From Eledone cirrhosa (taxonomy: Eukaryota), in the NCBI GenBank assembly GCA_964016885.1, contig OZ024741.1:291524001-291588000 (forward strand): a stretch of DNA of 64,000 nucleotides. The letters run 5' to 3'. Positions within the stretch are counted from its first letter, which is position 1, and every line of letters starts with the position of its first letter. Shown in pieces: positions 57,080 through 64,000 of this stretch. The notes under the pieces were generated by a model. It saw only the letters and a list, made by a program, of their open reading frames with translations. It was not told where the DNA came from and searched no databases. The position numbers and the translations under genes are program-made.

Positions 57080-57251
57080 AACCAGTAAGACCCCGACGGC
57101 TGAGCTCAAGCCGTTTCGACGGCTAGCCGTCGGAACGGCTTGAGCTCAGCCGTCGGGGTCTTACTGGTTCCTATTACCCACTCTACTACCCCAAGTATTG
57201 AGTACTTTGGTGCGTTATGGTCCACCTGGTTCCTTACCACATTTCCTTCGT

Positions 57252-57282
<31 letters not shown>

Positions 57283-57405
57283 TATATATCAGAATGGAAG
57301 CGGTAAAAACCAGTTAGACCTTTACTCACCAGAGTACTCGGCATTTGGGGTAGTAGAGTGGCGATTCAGTCCGAATCTAGCTGTTCAAACAGCAGGAGCT
57401 CAGCC

Positions 57406-57452
<47 letters not shown>

Positions 57453-58490
57453 AGTTTATTTATATATTATTTCTTCATAGGTGCCTTTTAATCTTATAGC
57501 CTTGTTTAATTGGTTTTTTTTGTGTGGTTGATTATGCTGGTTGGGAGAGGAGATGGTGTATATATTATATCAAATGATTCTATGGACATACTTTATTGTA
57601 TATTGCTCTGATTGATGATTATTTAATTAATTAATTCCTCATTGGGCCACATCGTGAATGGTTGCAAAAAACATATATATATATATATATATATCACTTT
57701 GTCTAGTTTGTGTATATGTAAATCTTTATATTTGATAATCTCCCATATGGTTGAGATGCAATTTAGGCAGTATTTGGGTGCGCTTTCTAGCAACAAGCCC
57801 ACTCGCCGCAAGGCACCAATCACATTCTTTCTGACTTGACCACTGCCACGTAACAATTATTAGCCATTTTGAATTCGTTTCTTGCGCGGATCATTTAAGA
57901 AACATCTTCGTCCAAGTGTGTTTGTTTCCTGATGATTTCGAAACTCGTGAACTTATCCTTGATCGGATATTTACAAAATGCGAATGAAACCACATGGGGT
58001 AGGAACATAATTTTGGTATACTTATATACATTTTTTCTTCTAACTTTGATTTCATACCTAATTGTGTATGGTTGACGATATATTTAATTGATTTCCACGT
58101 GCTATTAGAAAAGCTGGGTAAATATTCTATAGATGTTGATCGCGAATAGACAGCTGTAGTTTATTTATCTATTATTTCTTCATAGGTGCCTTTTAATCTT
58201 ATAGCCTTGTTTAATTGTTTTTTTGTGTGGTTGATTATGCTGATTGGGAGAGGAGATGGTGCATATATTTTATCAAATGATTCTATGGACATACTTTATT
58301 GTATATATATATATATATATATAACTTTATGTAAAATTGTGATATGATCAGGCATTTACATACAGCTTGACCTATGTATGTCTAATATACACAAACATAT
58401 TGTTTAGGCGTTCAAATACACCATTATTCTAAAACACACACTTAGTGTTATCCCTAGCCTTTTTTTTTATTTTATTTTTATTTTCTACAG

Positions 58491-58703
58491 GCTTTTATGA
58501 TTGAATTCTGGTTTGACAGATTAACAGAAAATTATATTCCATTGCGTGAGATGAACATAAACATCACCAATTTAGCCTATTATGTTGCGAAAGGCGAACA
58601 AATCACCGCCAGTAATGCTCTTGTAGGTAACGACATTAAACATAAGGAACTCATGGATTTGGCAATTTTACGATTTCCTGATATCACAAATCCTTACTTA
58701 ACT
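58491..58703 (+). CDS. Third exon of the same gene
   Basis: Strong poly-T tract plus CAG acceptor, phase 0, AFMIEFWFDRL...FPDITNPYLT, GTAAGT donor. Confidence 0.72.
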
Positions 58704-58929
58704 GTAAGTATGCTTTCATATATAGAAAGTTTATATACTAATTTTTAAGATGGGCATAAAGGGTAGAAAAATGTCATGTTGTGATGTTCATGTGTTTCTC
58801 AATAATATTAGTGGTATTTTTCCAACATCATATTTTCCAGTCACTGCTTCACAATGTTTAGCACAAAATAGTTCTCTCTAACAAAGCCAATGTCATCGAC
58901 GAAGTACTTAGCTGCTTCATTATTTTATC

Positions 58930-59385
58930 AAGCGAAGGTGAAGGTGCTGTGGGATTTTAAGATACAGACGGACAAGAAACTGAAACACAATAGACCTGAC
59001 CTGGTGGTTTTGGACAAGCGAAAAAGATCGTGCCTGATTGTGGATGTGGCCTGCCCATTCGACACGAGAGTGCAAGAGAAGGAGAGGGAGAAAATTATCC
59101 GATACCAGGACTTAAAGTGGGAGGTAAAAAGGATTTGGAACTGCCATGAGGTCAAAGTGGTCCCGATTGTCATAGGCGCACTAGGTACTATCTCAAAGAG
59201 TTTCCAAGGATGGTTAAAGAAAATTGGTCCCGCCTCGCTTTTTGAACACTTCAAAAGGCATGTTTTCTGGGAACAGCAAGAACCCTCCGATACGTCCTGA
59301 ATATCTGAGGCTGCAGGTAGTGGCTTGATATTCATTTCAACAAACTTTCCAATTAAATAACATCAATGACTGAGACTCAAAGAAC

Positions 59386-59419
<34 letters not shown>

Positions 59420-59420
59420 G
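58930..59420 (+). mobile_element. R4/Dong-like element 3' fragment (RLE) with (TAA)n tail
   Basis: WDFKIQTD..HNRPDLVV..IVDVACPFD..EKI.RYQDL (PD..D RLE), 3'UTR and (TAA)n. Confidence 0.9.
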
Positions 59421-59699
59421 AAATAGGGAAGAAGACGCACATGGTGGATATATTGTTATGGAATCGCTCCCGTAAGTTTTTGATTTTTACATATTTAAAA
59501 CAATTGTGATAGAATAATTCTTATTACAAATGAAACATAAGATTACAGTTTTTCACTCACAGCAAGCGACAACGCATCACATTATGACATAGGGCCCCAA
59601 TATTTAATATTTAATTTTGGATCAGAAATGTTATAGTAAAAAAAGAGGAAAATCGCTACGTGGACAGACAGGCAAATAATTTCACCACCACCAACACCA

Positions 59700-60220
59700 C
59701 CACCGCCACCATCACCACTACCACACAAAAAAATCTAGCCAAGCCAACTGTTACTTCAACTTCTATTTCTACTTCAACTTCAACACCATCACTACAGTAC
59801 TACGATCACATCACCACCACCACCAAAAAAATCTAGCCAAGCCAATGATCACATCACCACTACCACACAAAATAATCTAGCCAAGCCAACTGTTACTTCA
59901 ACTTCTATATCTACTTCAACTTCAATACCATCACTACAGTACTACGATCACATCACCACCACCAAAAAAAATCTAGCCAAGCCAATGATCACATTACCAC
60001 TACCACACAAAATAATCTAGCCAAGCCAACTGTTACTTCAACTTCAACACCATCACTACAGTACTACGATCACATCACCACCACCACCACTACGTCATTA
60101 TCGCTACCGCTGCTATTCTCTCCCACTACCTCCTGCTAAGTACTACTATCATATCACCACCACCACTGCCTCATTATCGCTACCGCCGCTATTCTGTCCC
60201 ACTACCTCCTGCTAAGACAG
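59700..60220. repeat. CAC-rich minisatellite (~140-bp unit)
   Basis: 'taccacacaa..atctagccaagccaactgttacttcaac' recurs at ~59719, 59861 and 60001. Confidence 0.8.
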
Positions 60221-60739
60221 AGGGATCGTAGTATTCCCACTAAATGAGGAAGGTATCAAAAGATATAAATAGGCTGATTTGATGACCCGGTCAAAAAATC
60301 AAAAAATCAAAAATCAAAATCAAAACAGCACAGCAGCAACGAAAAATGTAAAGAAAAGAAAAACAAACAAATAAAAAAAATTAAAAAAACTAAGTCAGAC
60401 ATTCAAACATTACATTACAATGAAACTTATGCTTATTTTTAAAAGTGTTTACCTATTTATTTGTTTATTTATTTATGTTCGTCTACAGCGTGATAGTGCC
60501 ACGCTAAAATCACCGAGGGTGATCAAATCACTGGGGGTGATGAAATGACCGGTGGTTATGTAACCATACATTCACCAATTCTCGATATGAGAGTTTAAAT
60601 GTCGAACCTAAACAGTTCGAATAACGGTGAAGTGGAGACTGTAATGTCATGTGACAGACTCTCACCCAGCAGGTGCTCCCTGGCCCAGCAGCAGGGACCT
60701 TGCTGTCATCCAAATACTGCTGGTGTTGGAGGAAGAAGA

Positions 60740-63350
60740 AGAAGGAAAGGGACCAGAACCAACTGGACGAAATAATTGAATAGAACTGTTATGCAATGTT
60801 ACCTGAAGAGTAACCCCAAGGTAAAAGGCTATAGGAAACGGATGCATAGCATCTGGAACAGATTGGTCTATTTAAATTAGATGAACAAAAATTGGCCGGG
60901 CAGGCTCGGGTAATAAGAACTAATGGGTGGATAAGCGAGCTGGAACTAGAGGAACTCAGCAGAGAGATTAGATTGGAAATGGAGAGTGGAGTATGCCAGG
61001 CAAACGAGCCAGTGGGAAATGAAGGTGAAGAGGTTGAGAGAACGGAGGAAGCATCCGAAGCAGAGATTGATCTGAATGCTGAAATAAATAATACCTGGAA
61101 CAAAGATATGGCCATTGAGGAAATGAATGCTGATTGGCTAGGACAAGATTTGGTTGATATCCTAAACTTAGTCTTAGTGGTAGATGAAATGAACAATGAT
61201 AGTGGGAAACCTATGAATCTAAGATTTGTAGACAGGAAAAAGTTAAAAGAAACAACAGCTAAGGTAAACAAAGTCATCCCATACCTTGAGGCGAGGAACA
61301 TTCACCAGTGCAACAATATCCTTTAGCAAATGCGCTGAGGAAATTACGTGGCATAAAAGCGAGAGGAAACAACAAACAAGAAAGATCAGAACCTTGGTGG
61401 AAGAAACGACTGAATGGTCAAATCAGAGAAATGAGAAATGACATTGGAAAGCTTGAGTCCTTACTGAATGGGACACTACAAAACATAGACACTAAAAATA
61501 GAGTGGAAATAAAGTACAAAACTAGGAGGAAAAAGTTAAATATTATCATAGAGGAACTGAAGCAACGCATTGTAGCAAAGAGCGCAAAGATTAGGCGATA
61601 CGAGAGCACAGTCAGTCAGTATAAACAGAACTGCATGTTTGACAACAACCAGAAGATATTGTTTGGACAGCTTGAAGGGAAAGAAAGAGGCAACGACTTG
61701 ATCCCTAAGGCGGAACAAACTAAGACATTCTGGAGAGGAATTTGGAAGCAGGATGTTGAACATAATGATCAGGCAGTGTGGATTGAGACAGTACAAAAGG
61801 AGATTAGTGAACAGGCACACCAACAAACTGATTTGAGTATCACAGTTGAAACTCTTAAGGGGCAGGCCAGAAAACTAACCAACTGGAAATCACTAGGCCC
61901 AGATGGTGTGCAGGAGTATTGGATTAAAAATATAACATCCCTCCACCCGAAACTGACAACCATGTTCAATGACTGCTTGATGTCAGCTGAGGTACCAGAA
62001 TGATTGACAAAAGGTACCACAGTTCTGGTAATGAAAGACCGAACCAATGGTAATGATGTTACCAACTATAGACCTATCACATGTCTGTCCGTAATGTGGA
62101 AACTGTTAACAAGCATTATGTCTGAGGAAATCTACCATCACCTCCACATAAACAACTTGTTACCGGACGAACAGAAAGGATGCAGTAAATTCCCGAGCTG
62201 TGTCTATTATTAGGTACAGTGCGGGAATTCTGAGATGGAATGTTGCTGAACAAAAAGAAATGGATAGGAAGACTAGGAAGCTATTGAATATCTACATGTT
62301 CCACAAGAGGAGTGATGTCGATAGATTCTACTTAAGGAGATCTGAAGGTGAAAGAGGTCTTATCAGCATAGAGGACTGTGTTCGGATGGAGAAAAACAAC
62401 CTACACAAATACGTGATTGATAGTAGGGAGCCAATGCTCAGAATTGTACTGAAGGAGAGGACAATAGACCAGGGGATGTCCAAGGAGGAAATAACAAGGA
62501 GAAAGAGTAACCTTCATGAAAAATCCCTTCATAGTACCGTCTTTGAGAAAACTGAATTTAGAGATCCACAGACATGGAACTGGTTGAAAAGAGGAGACCT
62601 TAAAAAGGCTACAGAAGGAATGCTAATGGCTGCGCAAGAGCAGGCCCTCAAAACGAAGTGGCTGAAACACCATATTTACAAGGAAGAGGCTAGCCCACTA
62701 TGTAAGATCTGTGGAGAGAGAGAGGAGACTGTGGCGCACATTGTATCCGAGTGTAAACACCTAGCCCAGACTCACTATAAAGGCTGGAGACATGATGTGA
62801 TGGGCAGGGTGATCCACTGGCACCTATGCAAAGTAAACAATTTACCACATTCTGAAAAGTGGTATGAGCATAAACCAGAGTCGGTGATGGAAAGCGATCA
62901 GGTGAAGGTGCTGTGGGATTTTAGGATACAGACGGACAAGAAACTGGAACACAATAGACCTGACCTGGTGGTTTTGGACAAGGGAAAAAGATCGTGCCTG
63001 ATTGTGGATGTAGCCTGTCCATTCGACACGAGAGTGCGAGAGAAGGAGAGGGAGAAAATTAACCGATACCAGGACTTAAAGTGGGAGGTAAAAAGGATTT
63101 GGAACTGCCATTAGCTCAAAGTGGCCCCGATTGTCAGAGGCGCACTAGGTACTATCTCAAAGAGTTTCCACGGATGGTTAAAGAAAATTGGTCCCACCCC
63201 ACTTTTTGGAACACTTCAAAAGGCATGCTTGCTGGGAACAGCAAGAACCCTCCGATACGTCCTGAATATCTGAGGCTGCAGGTAGTGGCTTGATATTCAT
63301 TTCAACAAACTTTCCAGTTAAATAACATCAATGACTGAGACTCAAAGAAC

Positions 63351-63385
<35 letters not shown>
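60740..63385 (+). mobile_element. R4/Dong-like element with internal RT deletion, CCHC, RLE and (TAA)n tail
   Basis: WKSLGPDG, NYRPITCL and EQKGC, then a jump at ~62190 to IIRYSAG. Also CKICGEREETVAHIVSEC, RHD and NRPD. Confidence 0.9.
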
Positions 63386-63387
<2 letters not shown>

Positions 63388-64000
63388 TGGAAACTGTTGA
63401 CGAGCATTGTGTCTGAGGAAATCTACCATCACCTCCACAGAAACAACTTGTTACCGGACGAACAGAAAGGATGCCGAAAGAAGTCACGTGGTACAAAGGA
63501 TCAGTTACTTATTGATAAGATGGTAATGGGGAATTGCAGGAGACACACTGATCTTGCGATGGGATGGATAGACTACAGAAAGGCATTTGACATGGTGCCT
63601 CATTCTTGGATCACCAAAAGCCTGGAGATCTTCAAGGTGGCAGATAACATCAGACAGTTTTTGGGCAAAAGTATGAGGTCCTGGGAAACAGAGTTGACAT
63701 CAACTGGAGAATCCTTGGGAAGCGTGAAGATCAAGAGAGGTATCTTCCAGGGAGATAGCCTGTCCCCTCTGTTGTTTGTCCTTGCCCTGATGCCCCTGAC
63801 CAGTGTACTGCGAAAAGTGAGAGCAGGATACAGGTTGGGAAAGGGAGGGCTTACAATCAGTCACCTCCTCTTCATGGACGATCTTAAGCTCTTCGGGAAG
63901 AGTGAGAAGGAGTTGGATGTGCTTGTTGACACTGTCCGTATTTTCAGTGATATATGTATGCAATTTGGTATTAGTAAGTGTGGAGTCATTGTGATGAGGA
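63385..64000 (+). mobile_element. Third R4/Dong-like copy (5'-truncated RT), starting inside the previous (TAA)n tail
   Basis: [54 protein letters not shown]. Runs off the window. Confidence 0.9.

Noticed and set aside
57929-57952. CTGATGATTTCGAAAC motif
   Set aside because: There is no stem II, the triplet would be GUG, and stem I is unconvincing.

Overview
Eukaryotic, AT-rich, microsatellite-dense DNA, most likely from an octopus or other cephalopod. That assignment is inferred from abundant tRNA-derived SINEs resembling octopus families and from (TA)n/(CATA)n/(AAG)n tracts. Most long ORFs in the track are microsatellite artefacts. Real coding content consists of decayed non-LTR retrotransposons (RTE, Tx1/L1-like, several R4/Dong-like copies with RLE endonuclease), Penelope-like elements (RT plus GIY-YIG) and three in-phase exons of an unidentified host gene (53817-58703). 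The main signal is non-coding. At least eight sequence families of short elements carry type I hammerhead ribozyme (HHR) motifs, including compensatory U3:A8 and U4C core variants, and they typically sit in or against (TA)n tracts. Where they have two arms, the arms are arranged head-to-head, with 5' ends joined in the middle and 3' ends pointing outward. The clearest case is a very young 4.8 kb array of 310-bp monomers with one HHR each (32301-37135). Its empty pre-insertion site is preserved in a paralogous block about 4 kb upstream. This looks like a retrozyme / Penelope-mobilised circular-RNA system lying next to candidate partner PLEs. All RNA folds were done by eye and are not computationally or biochemically verified.
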